The notes beneath the pieces are model-generated. The model was not told where the DNA came from, did no database searches, and worked only from the letters and a program-made list of their open reading frames with translations. The position numbers were made by a program, and so were the translations under genes. Source: a virus (lineage: Duplodnaviria > Heunggongvirae > Uroviricota > Caudoviricetes). Taken from it: DNA of 24,606 nucleotides. Location: the IMG/VR virus record IMGVR_UViG_2737471843_000007; one strand, given 5' to 3'. Positions 1-7,860 of the stretch are shown here, one piece after another. Each line of letters begins with the position of its first letter. The first letter of the stretch is position 1.

Positions 1-1062
1 TTCTCCCAAACCAAGGTATGTGAGAAGACCAGCTACATCCTTTCCACTCAAATTAGTCAGCGTATTGTCCAGCGGTTGTTTACCTGCCAGCGCATTAAGC
101 ATTGTCGTGGCAAAGTTCGGGTCATTCCCCAGCGCTGCCGCCAGTTCGTTCAGTGTATCCAGTGCCGCAGGTGCAGAACCCACCATTGCCGCAATTGCCG
201 ATTTCACAAAAGCCGTGGTGGCAATCTGTGTATTGTTGACCGACTGTGCCGCAGTAGGTGCGGTTGGCGTTCCGGTGAGTGCCGGACTCGACAGCGGCGC
301 TTTCAGTGCCAGCGCATTGTTAATGGTGGTACTGAATTTCGGATCATTGTTAATGGCTGCGGCTATTTCTTTCAGCGTGTCCAGCGTGGCTGGCGCACCA
401 TTAATAAGAGCCGTCAGAGCCGCCTGAACAAACGCGGTGGTCGCAATCTGCGTGGTGTTATTCCCTGCGGCTGGCGTTGGCGCTTTGGGTGTCCCGGTAA
501 ACGTCGGACTTTCTTTGAGTGCATACTGTGAATGCGGGTCCGGTGCGGCAAGATGTTTTGCCATCTGATCATCCGCGTACACCTTCAGCTCCAGTGCCTT
601 GTCATCCACATACTTGCGGGTTGCCAGCACTACGGCAGGGTCGATTTTCAGGGTGATATTGTCCGTGCTGCTGGTAATCAGCACCATGCGCACGGTCTGA
701 GTGCGCCCGCTACCTTCAGCCAGTTGCGGCTTATAGCTTTCCGGGCAGTTGCCCACGGCAATCAATGCCCCGGACTCATCAAACAAGCCCACTTCACGTA
801 TCCACCAACCGCCCTCGTTTTCAGGGATCACCTGTTCGGCAATAATCTGGCTGCTGTTCTGCGGGTCGATATAGAGCATATTCAGCGCAGCCCGGCGTTT
901 CTCATTTACCAGTGCAGTCTGCTTTGAGTCTGGCGTTGGCAATACTCCGCCGCCATCGCCGACCGCCATATGGGTAATTTTTAGCGGCACACCGAGCGCG
1001 GCGGCGCTGGCAAGTTTCGCCGCGCCAATATCCGTCAGCAGGGTATAAAATTTTGTGCTCAT
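1..1062 (-). CDS. H: Tail fibre protein, N-terminal part (P2 gpH-like); 3' end lies outside the window
   Basis: Minus-strand ATG at 1062-1060 gives MSTKFYTLLTDIGAAKLASAAALGVPLKITHMAVGDGGG, matching the conserved N-terminus of P2-family tail fibres. The frame stays open to position 1. It overlaps the gene I stop (ATGA). Two copies of the NTTQIATTA tail-fibre motif are encoded near 205-235 and 434-465. Confidence 0.8.
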   Translation of the reverse strand, partial: MSTKFYTLLTDIGAAKLASAAALGVPLKITHMAVGDGGGVLPTPDSKQTALVNEKRRAALNMLYIDPQNSSQIIAEQVIPENEGGWWIREVGLFDESGALIAVGNCPESYKPQLAEGSGRTQTVRMVLITSSTDNITLKIDPAVVLATRKYVDDKALELKVYADDQMAKHLAAPDPHSQYALKESPTFTGTPKAPTPAAGNNTTQIATTAFVQAALTALINGAPATLDTLKEIAAAINNDPKFSTTINNALALKAPLSSPALTGTPTAPTAAQSVNNTQIATTAFVKSAIAAMVGSAPAALDTLNELAAALGNDPNFATTMLNALAGKQPLDNTLTNLSGKDVAGLLTYLGLGE

Positions 1063-1664
1063 GGATTCACTCTCATTGTGTCAATAACATGGACCGCCCC
1101 GCCTTCATGCGCGGTGCCGCCAGAAATAATTGTTTCGTTGATATACGGATAGATCGTGATTTCTTCGCCAAGATAGCTGGCGGCCCCCACCCAATGCGGA
1201 CCGCTGGTCTGCAGATTGATGGACATGCCGATCATGTGACGGCTACATGGTTTGGCATCGCTTATCAGCCGCTCAAGTTCCAGATAGGTATCTTCAGTGA
1301 TGCCCTGGTCCTGCACGCCGATATCCAGGCGAAACGTGCCCGGTGTTTCTCCGGTCTGCCACCACTCAATAATGCGGATCAGGAATCCGAACGGTTCCAC
1401 CACCCGCCGCACGGCACTGGTGGTTCCTTTATGCTGATGAATATAAAAAGCATCCTTCACTACCTGGCGTTTGACGCTTTCTGTCCAGCCCTCGTCCCAG
1501 CGATCCACAGAGAACGCCCAGGCGAGATAAGGCAGGAAGCTGACCGGACAGGTAGCCGGATTCCACAAGTCACGCAGCGGCACCTGCAGATCAGAAATCC
1601 CGCTGCACGTTTGCGCCAGTCGGCGCTCCAATGAAGTTGAACCCGGTGGCAGCAGACTATTCAT
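1059..1664 (-). CDS. I: Baseplate/tail fibre assembly protein (P2 gpI-like)
   Basis: The 201-aa ORF starts MNSLLPPGSTSLERRLAQTC and contains LWNPATCP, LPYLAWAFSVD and GTTSAVRRVVEPFGF, as recalled for P2 gpI. It sits between J and H. Confidence 0.85.
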   Translation of the reverse strand: MNSLLPPGSTSLERRLAQTCSGISDLQVPLRDLWNPATCPVSFLPYLAWAFSVDRWDEGWTESVKRQVVKDAFYIHQHKGTTSAVRRVVEPFGFLIRIIEWWQTGETPGTFRLDIGVQDQGITEDTYLELERLISDAKPCSRHMIGMSINLQTSGPHWVGAASYLGEEITIYPYINETIISGGTAHEGGAVHVIDTMRVNP

Positions 1665-2565
1665 CCGTTCCTCCGTTGGTTACGCTCCACTGCGTACATG
1701 ATGCCGCCTGTGTTTTGTTCAGGACCACATCCGCCAGAGGAGAAGCCAGCTCCACACGCTGCACACCCTCAACATGCAGGGCGGCAAAGATGGCGCTACG
1801 GCGAATATCCCGACCAAGACGCGTCTGACTGGCGATGTACTTCTGCAGGCTGGCTTTTGCCGCTGCCATTACCGGCTCTGCTTCCGGTCCCGGATAGAGA
1901 AAAATGGTGGCTTCCACGCGATACGGGATGATTTCTGCGCTGCGAACCGTCAGACGGTCAGCCACCGGGCGGACGCTCTCACTGTTCAGAGCTTTTTCCA
2001 CCACGTCCAGCAGGTCTTTTTCTGCAGTTCCATCGCCTTCGCGGCTAAGGACAGTCAGCACCACCTCTGCAGGTGCCGGGCTGGTTGCACTGGCATCCGC
2101 CACCCGACCGTCGGCGCTTCGGGCATGAAATTCATAAGCTGCAGTTGGCCCCGCAACAGAAAGCCCTTCAAAGGCTGCAGGCACACGCAGGCGTAACGCT
2201 TCATCGCTTTCCATCACAGCTGCAACGGGCGGCACAGCATCATTATCAGCAGGCGTCACCGTCAGGCGTGTCACGTTGTAGTTGGCAGCGAGCTGGTCAA
2301 GATCGCCGCCCATCGCGTAAGCCACCATCACCGCCTGCGCGGCTTCGTTAATGCGCTGGCGCAGAAGCAACTCACGGTAAGCGTTCTCCTGCAACAATTT
2401 AGTGACGGGTTCAGATTCCAGTTCCAGCGTGCGGATCACGGCTTCCTGCTCATCTTTCGGATGAAGCGCCACAAATTCTGCCTTGCGTTCGGCAAGCAGC
2501 GTCTCAAAGTCCGGCACATCCACAATCTGCGGTGCAGGCAACTGCGAAAGGTCAATCACTGCCAT
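1657..2565 (-). CDS. J: Baseplate assembly protein (P2 gpJ-like)
   Basis: Translation from the internal Met (MAVIDLSQLPAPQIVDVPDFETLLAERKA) matches the P2 gpJ N-terminus. The C-terminus HVEGVQRVELASPLADVVL is conserved. The ORF-track start at 2604 adds 13 unlikely residues. Confidence 0.9.
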   Translation of the reverse strand: MAVIDLSQLPAPQIVDVPDFETLLAERKAEFVALHPKDEQEAVIRTLELESEPVTKLLQENAYRELLLRQRINEAAQAVMVAYAMGGDLDQLAANYNVTRLTVTPADNDAVPPVAAVMESDEALRLRVPAAFEGLSVAGPTAAYEFHARSADGRVADASATSPAPAEVVLTVLSREGDGTAEKDLLDVVEKALNSESVRPVADRLTVRSAEIIPYRVEATIFLYPGPEAEPVMAAAKASLQKYIASQTRLGRDIRRSAIFAALHVEGVQRVELASPLADVVLNKTQAASCTQWSVTNGGTDE

Positions 2566-2911
2566 TCTCTGCTCCTGTTGATACGGAAAGGGACACAGGC
2601 ACACCGTTATTCCGCCGCCCGGTCAGCTCCACCACCATAGAACCGTCAAAGTTGCTGTTGATGGTGATGGAATCCAGCGTTAGCCGTGGCTCCCAGCGAC
2701 TCAGCGCCACATACACTGCCGACATGACCTGCAGGCGTAATGCCGGATTTTGTGGCTGATCTATCAGTGCCGACAGTAGGGAACCATATTCCCGACGGGC
2801 AATGCGGCTACCCTGCGGCGTCAGCAGAATGTCCCGCACCGACTGGCGCAGATGGTCAATATCAGTAATGACTTTGCCGCTGGTATTGTTCATCCCGCTA
2901 TAAAGCGTCAT
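2552..2911 (-). CDS. W: Baseplate wedge protein (P2 gpW, GPW/gp25 family)
   Basis: The 119-aa ORF MTLYSGMNNTSGKVITDIDHLRQSVRDILLTPQGSRIARREYGSLL matches the gpW/gp25 signature. It overlaps J and V in the typical compact arrangement. Confidence 0.9.
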   Translation of the reverse strand: MTLYSGMNNTSGKVITDIDHLRQSVRDILLTPQGSRIARREYGSLLSALIDQPQNPALRLQVMSAVYVALSRWEPRLTLDSITINSNFDGSMVVELTGRRNNGVPVSLSVSTGAENGSD

Positions 2912-3486
2912 ACCGGGCCTCCGGTTGTGTCGCCGCCTTTCAGGACGCCAGTATGCTGATGTGCATCAACCACAATTCCGTTAGAACTCATTGCACCGCC
3001 GCCCTGGGTAACACCACCATTGATCACTACTTCGCTGTTAATACGCGTGCGGTCAGCCTCCAGCACAAACTCACTGGTTTTCAGGGTGATGTTGTCGGCA
3101 GCCTCAATGACCATGGATTTGATGCCCCTGACATACCAGCGCCCGGTGGCGGGTTCGTATTCAAACCAGCCACCGTCAGGATGTTCTGTCACGCAGGCGT
3201 CCGCCGACGTCGAAGGTGGCGCGAACTGATTCGAATAGACAGCGGGCAACGCAAAGGCGGTTTCCAGATTGCCTCCCAGACTCAGCAGCACCACCTGCTC
3301 ACCTTCCGATGGTCGCCACCATGTGCGGGCATTCCCGGCACGCAGCGTCAGCCAACTGATCCAGTTAGTTTCAAGGTCGCCCGTTTTCACCCGGCAAAGC
3401 CAGTTCTCCCGGTCCACTTCGGTAACTACACCTGTGCGGATCAGGTTGGTGATAAGGCGCATGATTTCGGTTAATTGTGCGTTCAT
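2908..3486 (-). CDS. V: Baseplate spike / tail protein (P2 gpV-like)
   Basis: The internal start MNAQLTEIMRLITNLIRTGVVTEVD aligns with the P2 gpV N-terminus (MN...IRTGII); ATG at 3486-3484. The upstream extension to 3729 runs into AT-rich intergenic DNA and is rejected. No clear SD precedes the ATG. Confidence 0.85.
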   Translation of the reverse strand: MNAQLTEIMRLITNLIRTGVVTEVDRENWLCRVKTGDLETNWISWLTLRAGNARTWWRPSEGEQVVLLSLGGNLETAFALPAVYSNQFAPPSTSADACVTEHPDGGWFEYEPATGRWYVRGIKSMVIEAADNITLKTSEFVLEADRTRINSEVVINGGVTQGGGAMSSNGIVVDAHQHTGVLKGGDTTGGPV

Positions 3487-3532
3487 AGATATATGATGAC
3501 AGATGAAAATTTGTTTATAACTTCTTGCAAAT

Positions 3533-3550
3533 TGTGGTATCGATGGTACA
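3533..3550. promoter_or_regulatory. TGT-N12-ACA dyad, candidate binding site for an Ogr/B-type late activator (late promoter upstream of V)
   Basis: The sequence TGTggtatcgatggtACA is exactly TGT-N12-ACA. P2-family late promoters carry this dyad, but geometry relative to the V ATG (about 55 bp) is tighter than expected. Confidence 0.45.
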
Positions 3551-3589
3551 AATTGACAAAAGGATAAAAAACAACCAATAGGTGGATAA

Positions 3590-4396
3590 ATGAGTGTTAT
3601 GAATCCAATAAGTTCTAATATATTTAATGCTGAATTTTTAAACACCCCGGCAGCGGCACTTGCCGCATGGATTTCCATTATTGGAGCTGTTATAACTTTG
3701 GTGACGATAGTTATAAGAGCACTATTCAAATATAGAAAATCTCATGATGTAATTTTGAAAAAATCAGGAATACCTGCGTTTATATTAAATTTCTTTCTTA
3801 TAAAAATATCATTAAAAAGGCTGCCTACTATCACATGGGCTGAAAAATCATTCACGGTTCTATTTTCGCTTCTTTTTTTGTGTGCAATTTATCTTTTTGG
3901 TCCAGTTTTCATCCAAGCCATTAGAACCCCACCAAATAGCACATTGCTTTATTGGATAAAGTCCGGTGAATCATTTTATATGTCAAAAAAAATGGCGACT
4001 GCAGCTACAATATTAACCACTCCTGATTGGGAAATATCAAAGGATGATTGCGAAGAGTCATCCTCTGCCAGTACAGAGAAGTACAAATCATTAACTATCG
4101 AACATAAAGAAATTCTTTGTAAACTACTAACCACTGATGAAGGGAATGCTTACATTGATGAAGAAGTCAAGAATTTCGTTAAAGACAAATTTTTTATCTA
4201 TTCCTTTGCCCCAACAACTATATTTATTCTATTATGGATTTCTTTGGGTTTTATACTGACCATTCACTATTCTAAAAAAGTTAGGAAATATATTCTAACT
4301 GAACAAAAAAATGCAATTCATTGGGCATATGGTGAATTCAAGACAGAAGGAATCTATTCAATATATCAAGAGTTAGAACATAAGACTCACCATTAA
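3590..4396 (+). CDS. Cargo (moron) gene in the P2 orf30 position: predicted 3-TM membrane protein of unknown function
   Basis: The 268-aa ORF has an SD (GGTGGA) before the ATG at 3590. The region 3490-4390 is visibly AT-rich against the GC-rich backbone. Hydrophobic segments: AAALAAWISIIGAVITLVTIVI, FTVLFSLLFLCAIYLFGPVFIQAI and TTIFILLWISLGFILTIHY. The last 59 nt overlap the 3' end of S on the opposite strand. Confidence 0.6.
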   Translation: MSVMNPISSNIFNAEFLNTPAAALAAWISIIGAVITLVTIVIRALFKYRKSHDVILKKSGIPAFILNFFLIKISLKRLPTITWAEKSFTVLFSLLFLCAIYLFGPVFIQAIRTPPNSTLLYWIKSGESFYMSKKMATAATILTTPDWEISKDDCEESSSASTEKYKSLTIEHKEILCKLLTTDEGNAYIDEEVKNFVKDKFFIYSFAPTTIFILLWISLGFILTIHYSKKVRKYILTEQKNAIHWAYGEFKTEGIYSIYQELEHKTHH

Positions 4397-4784
4397 GACC
4401 CAGCAGTCGGCGCTCTGCGTAACGGACCTCCGGTCCTTTGCGACTGACGCGATCACGCAGGCCGTAATGGTGAACACGGGCAATACGCTGCACCTTGCCT
4501 TCAAACTGTACGCTGGCAGAGTCGGCGCTGGCGGCAGTTTTCAGGTATTTTGTGGTGCGCAGCTTTGCAAACATCTGACGTTTGATGCGGCCTTTTTTGC
4601 TGCGTGCTGTTACCCTGCGCGGTTCATAACTGCTGCCATCTGGATTGCGCTGCATCCTGATATTCTGCTGCTGTGTCCGGCGCAGTTCCTGCGCCAGCTG
4701 GCGCATCATGCGGCTTCTCGTGGCTGGTTCCAGATTCGCCAGCAAGGCACTCAGCCAGTCGTCCACCTTCTGCAGTTCAGCCAC
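4338..4784 (-). CDS. S: Tail completion protein (P2 gpS-like)
   Basis: The 148-aa ORF lies between R and V as in P2; it is basic and of similar length to gpS. Its C-terminal ~15 codons are encoded by AT-rich DNA shared with the moron. Confidence 0.8.
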   Translation of the reverse strand: MAELQKVDDWLSALLANLEPATRSRMMRQLAQELRRTQQQNIRMQRNPDGSSYEPRRVTARSKKGRIKRQMFAKLRTTKYLKTAASADSASVQFEGKVQRIARVHHYGLRDRVSRKGPEVRYAERRLLGLNGESYVLTLDILNRFLLS

Positions 4785-5229
4785 GTTTCACCGTCCACAT
4801 TTCTTCAGGTTCATCGGGTTCTGCTACAGCTTCAACGCTCGACACACTGCCGTCAGTGCTGACCAGCACACGCTCCGTCAGTTGCAGGTTCAGGCTGATA
4901 TCACAGACATCGTTGCGCAGAATATCCACCTCAAAGGTGAATAGTTTTTCCCGTAACGCCGGGTTATTGATGGCATCGGGCTGGTTATCCCTCAGCCACA
5001 GCAAAACCGGGGCCATCAGCAGATTCTGGTCGCCGCTGAAATCCTCAATCACCGCGTTCAGGGTGTAACGGTACTCCCACGACATGGAGCTGGCCCCCGT
5101 GGCAACCAGCGAACCGTTATCCACAAACAGATGCAGTTTGTCCGGGTTATTGCGGACATAAGGCACCGCTTTATTGAGGGCGTGGCGCAGGGATTGTGGT
5201 TTGTTCACTGTTTCGCTCCTGACACGCAA
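4777..5229 (-). CDS. R: Tail completion protein (P2 gpR-like)
   Basis: The 150-aa ORF contains LHLFVDNGS, VLLWLRDNQPD and LTERVLVS, as recalled for gpR. It is positioned between lysis genes and S. Confidence 0.8.
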   Translation of the reverse strand: MRVRSETVNKPQSLRHALNKAVPYVRNNPDKLHLFVDNGSLVATGASSMSWEYRYTLNAVIEDFSGDQNLLMAPVLLWLRDNQPDAINNPALREKLFTFEVDILRNDVCDISLNLQLTERVLVSTDGSVSSVEAVAEPDEPEEMWTVKRG

Positions 5230-5461
5230 TAATCATATCCACTTTGTCTGCACAGACCGCCCAGGCGGCCTCCGTTTCATCCAGCAACGCGTTCAGATCA
5301 CCATTAGTGCGCGGCGTTGCCTGATCCAGCCGACACGGCGTCACTCGCGGACAACCACTGACGGTAAGCCGTACCTCCGGTGAGTGCCGGACGTTCCCGC
5401 AGCCGGATAATGTCAGCAGGCAAAGGAGTATCAGCCCAGCGGCGTAAATCCTCGTTCTCAC
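5171..5461 (-). CDS. lysC: Outer-membrane spanin lipoprotein (o-spanin, P2 LysC/Rz1-like), embedded out of frame in lysB and overlapping R
   Basis: The 96-aa ORF has a lipoprotein signal (LILLCLLTLSGC). It starts inside the i-spanin gene and extends into R, as P2 lysC does. Confidence 0.6.
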   Translation of the reverse strand: MRTRIYAAGLILLCLLTLSGCGNVRHSPEVRLTVSGCPRVTPCRLDQATPRTNGDLNALLDETEAAWAVCADKVDMIIACQERNSEQTTIPAPRPQ

Positions 5462-5732
5462 GTTTCAGTTCCTCGATCCGGTGTTGTCGTTGTCTCAGCA
5501 GCGCGCTGGTCTGTTCTGCTTCGGCATAGAGCCGCGCCTGCTCCCGGTTATTGGTTTCAGCCAGAATGGACAGACTGATCAGCTGGCTATTTTTCTTCGT
5601 TAGTTCGTGCGCTTTACTTTTCAGCGCCGCGCGCTGCGTTTCGATGGTGTGGCTGGCGCTGTTAAGCCACCACGACTGCCAGCCCAGCGCAACGAGTGCC
5701 AGCGCCGCCACTACCGCCAGCGCACGCGTCAT
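5304..5732 (-). CDS. lysB: Inner-membrane spanin (i-spanin, P2 LysB/Rz-like)
   Basis: The 142-aa ORF has an N-terminal TM (ALAVVAALALVALGW) followed by a charged coiled-coil region (EELKRENEDLRRW). It lies immediately downstream of the endolysin. Confidence 0.75.
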   Translation of the reverse strand: MTRALAVVAALALVALGWQSWWLNSASHTIETQRAALKSKAHELTKKNSQLISLSILAETNNREQARLYAEAEQTSALLRQRQHRIEELKRENEDLRRWADTPLPADIIRLRERPALTGGTAYRQWLSASDAVSAGSGNAAH

Positions 5733-6244
5733 AGTCCAGCTCCTTTAAGGCACCAGGCCATCTCCCGCGCACGGCGGTTATCCAGCCCCTGATTAAACAC
5801 ACCTTTCACATAAACCCAGCGCGGCAACTGTCGGCACGCTTCTGCCCAGCGCCGCTGATTGAGTAATTTCACCAGTGTGGAACTGCAGGCATTGCCCGTT
5901 CCCACGTTGAAGGCAAACGACACCGTAGCGTCATATACCTTCTGCGGCGGCTGTTGCTTCACACACCTTTCCAGCGCCCGCTCCACACGCAGCACGTTGG
6001 AAATCAGCCCTTCTGCTGCCTGTCGTTCCGTGATTGTTTTGCCGGGAATGACGCCCGATGTATTACCAATGCCGTCGGTCCAGACACCCGCGCTGCACTG
6101 ATACGGCTGCAGACGACAGCCTTCGTAATCGGCAATCAGTTTCACCCCCTCCACGGAGGTGTGAAGCTGCTGAAAACCCGGTAGCGTGGCAGCAATAGCC
6201 AGCACGGTCCCGACAAGGCAGCGTTTAACGATTGATGGACTCAT
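5729..6244 (-). CDS. K: Endolysin, phage lysozyme (GH24/T4-lysozyme-like), probably SAR type
   Basis: The 171-aa ORF contains the E...D...T-type motif region LIADYEGCRLQPYQCSAGVWTDGIGNT. The weakly hydrophobic N-terminus CLVGTVLAIAATL suggests a signal-arrest-release anchor. Confidence 0.85.
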   Translation of the reverse strand: MSPSIVKRCLVGTVLAIAATLPGFQQLHTSVEGVKLIADYEGCRLQPYQCSAGVWTDGIGNTSGVIPGKTITERQAAEGLISNVLRVERALERCVKQQPPQKVYDATVSFAFNVGTGNACSSTLVKLLNQRRWAEACRQLPRWVYVKGVFNQGLDNRRAREMAWCLKGAGL

Positions 6245-6440
6245 AGTCCTCCCGCGTGATCTGCCCGTCGCGCAGAAGCTGGTAGGCTTTGTGTTTGTAG
6301 TACCAGTTGATAGCCAGCATCAGCACACCGATCATCAGGCCGCCCAGCGTTGAGGCATCCTTGATGGACAAATCGCCCAGCCAGGCCAGCACGACGGCGA
6401 TGCAATATGTGATAAAGGCGCTGATTCGCTCAAGCGTCAT
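6225..6440 (-). CDS. Holin (small 2-TM protein)
   Basis: The 71-aa ORF has two hydrophobic helices (ISAFITYCIAVVLAWLG; LGGLMIGVLMLAINWYY) and a charged C-terminus. It lies directly upstream of and overlapping the endolysin. Confidence 0.7.
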   Translation of the reverse strand: MTLERISAFITYCIAVVLAWLGDLSIKDASTLGGLMIGVLMLAINWYYKHKAYQLLRDGQITREDYESINR

Positions 6441-6443
6441 AAT

Positions 6444-6647
6444 TCAGTCCCATAGCTGGACGGTCTGCACGGTGGTGGTTGTCGGAATGTCCGGCAGCTC
6501 CACCTGCAGCCCGTGAGGTAAAAAGGGGCCGTATTCGGCAAGCCCCGGATTTGCCTTCAGTACCTGCTCCGTGACACCCTGCGTGCGCCCGTAATGACGC
6601 CAGCAAAGCACGTCCACCGTGTCATACTGATGCGCACGCACTTTCAT
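6444..6647 (-). CDS. X: Tail protein X (P2 gpX-like, LysM-like)
   Basis: The 67-aa ORF contains YGRTQGVTEQVLKANPGL and LPHGLQVELPD, very similar to P2 gpX as recalled. Confidence 0.85.
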   Translation of the reverse strand: MKVRAHQYDTVDVLCWRHYGRTQGVTEQVLKANPGLAEYGPFLPHGLQVELPDIPTTTTVQTVQLWD

Positions 6648-7111
6648 CAGATAAGCTCCACTGTGCAGTGCGGCGCATCCTGTACCCGGCTGATGGCCCA
6701 GCGGGCGTCACGCCACAAATCACCGCTTGCTTCCGCCAGTTCCTCGCCTCGCTTCACACCGGACGCCGTGGCGTCATAGTCCTGATAACGCTCGTTGAGC
6801 ATGGCGTGTGCCCAGCAGTAAACCGCGTTGAAATAGTGCTGAATGCGCTCACTTTTGCCGTCCAGCTGTTCCGCCGGAACCTCTGCCAGCGAGGCATATC
6901 CCAGCATCTGCTGGCGTCTGCGAAACTCATACAGCTCTGCGTTGACCTCCGAAATTGCCGATAGCGCAACCTGCTTTAAACGTGGCTGCGTCACCGTGCC
7001 GTCAGTGCGCATCACACTGCGGAACTCCGACAGGTCCACATCAGGCCAGAACGGCGTATTTCTGATGATTTCCGCCTGTTCCGGTGCCTGTTCTGGCGCA
7101 ACAAACTTCAT
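6647..7111 (-). CDS. L: Head completion/stabilisation protein (P2 gpL-like)
   Basis: The 154-aa ORF sits in the conserved position between M and X, with gpL-like sequence (FWPDVDLSEFR; YCWAHAML). Confidence 0.8.
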   Translation of the reverse strand: MKFVAPEQAPEQAEIIRNTPFWPDVDLSEFRSVMRTDGTVTQPRLKQVALSAISEVNAELYEFRRRQQMLGYASLAEVPAEQLDGKSERIQHYFNAVYCWAHAMLNERYQDYDATASGVKRGEELAEASGDLWRDARWAISRVQDAPHCTVELI

Positions 7112-7206
7112 GCTGCTTTCTCCTGAAATAAAGGGCGGTGGACGGGGTTTTGATGTGGCTGTGCCTTTCGCCCCCCCGTGCCGCCCGTGCGCGGGGGCAC
7201 GTTCTG

Positions 7207-7857
7207 TCAGCGGCTGTCATTGCGCAGTCTGCGCTCCAGCTGCTGTTTGTCTTTTTTCACGCCACAGCGGGGATCGAGCTGTAACGCATGGTTGAGATGA
7301 TTAAGGGCGGAAGCCGGATTGCTTTCACTCAGGACTGCGCCAATCGCTTTATGCAGACGCGCCCGTGACTGGTCCGGCATATCCAGACCGTCTGTCAGCT
7401 CCAGCGTCTGCATCAACAGATCGACATCAAAGCCGGTAGTGGCAAGCATTGCGCTCTGTGCCGCGTCTGCCATTTCCTCTGCCAGCACAGTCTGCACGTT
7501 GCGGTTACCCAGCGGCATCACCCAGCCATGACGCAGAGCATGACGCCCGATCTCCAGCGCCCCGGCATAATCTCCGGCATCAATGCGCCACAGCATCACG
7601 TACATCAGCACGTCATCCTGTTGAGCGCCTCCGGCAGCCAGGACACCCTCCGCCCAGGCGGCGTACTTCGGCAGCAGCTCTACTTTGATTTCCGCTTTTT
7701 TGACCGTGGACTGAACGCCCTTGAGACGGCGGCGATCTTCCGCCAGTTGCAGCAACATCAGGTCATAGCCCGACGCGTGGCGAACGCTGCCGCCCTCACG
7801 GGCGGCCTGTTCAGCCTGAACGCGCAGGCGATGCTGCCGTGCGGGACTCAGGCTCAT
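7207..7857 (-). CDS. M: Terminase endonuclease (small) subunit (P2 gpM-like)
   Basis: The 216-aa ORF lies between N and L. It is about 30 aa shorter than P2 gpM as recalled, and a 95-nt GC-rich gap follows before L. Confidence 0.8.
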   Translation of the reverse strand: MSLSPARQHRLRVQAEQAAREGGSVRHASGYDLMLLQLAEDRRRLKGVQSTVKKAEIKVELLPKYAAWAEGVLAAGGAQQDDVLMYVMLWRIDAGDYAGALEIGRHALRHGWVMPLGNRNVQTVLAEEMADAAQSAMLATTGFDVDLLMQTLELTDGLDMPDQSRARLHKAIGAVLSESNPASALNHLNHALQLDPRCGVKKDKQQLERRLRNDSR

Positions 7858-7860
7858 GAA

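Noticed and set aside
20-927. Three plus-strand ORFs (20-427, 76-531, 532-927) with Ala/Ser-rich or Arg/Cys-rich translations
   Set aside because: They are antisense to the well-supported tail fibre gene H, whose minus-strand translation has a recognisable N-terminus and conserved tail-fibre motifs. The odd composition is typical of spurious frames.
2908-3729. Long form of the V ORF (273 aa) extending into the AT-rich intergenic region
   Set aside because: The first 81 residues are hydrophobic low-complexity sequence from AT-rich non-coding DNA. Homology to gpV begins at the internal Met (3486).
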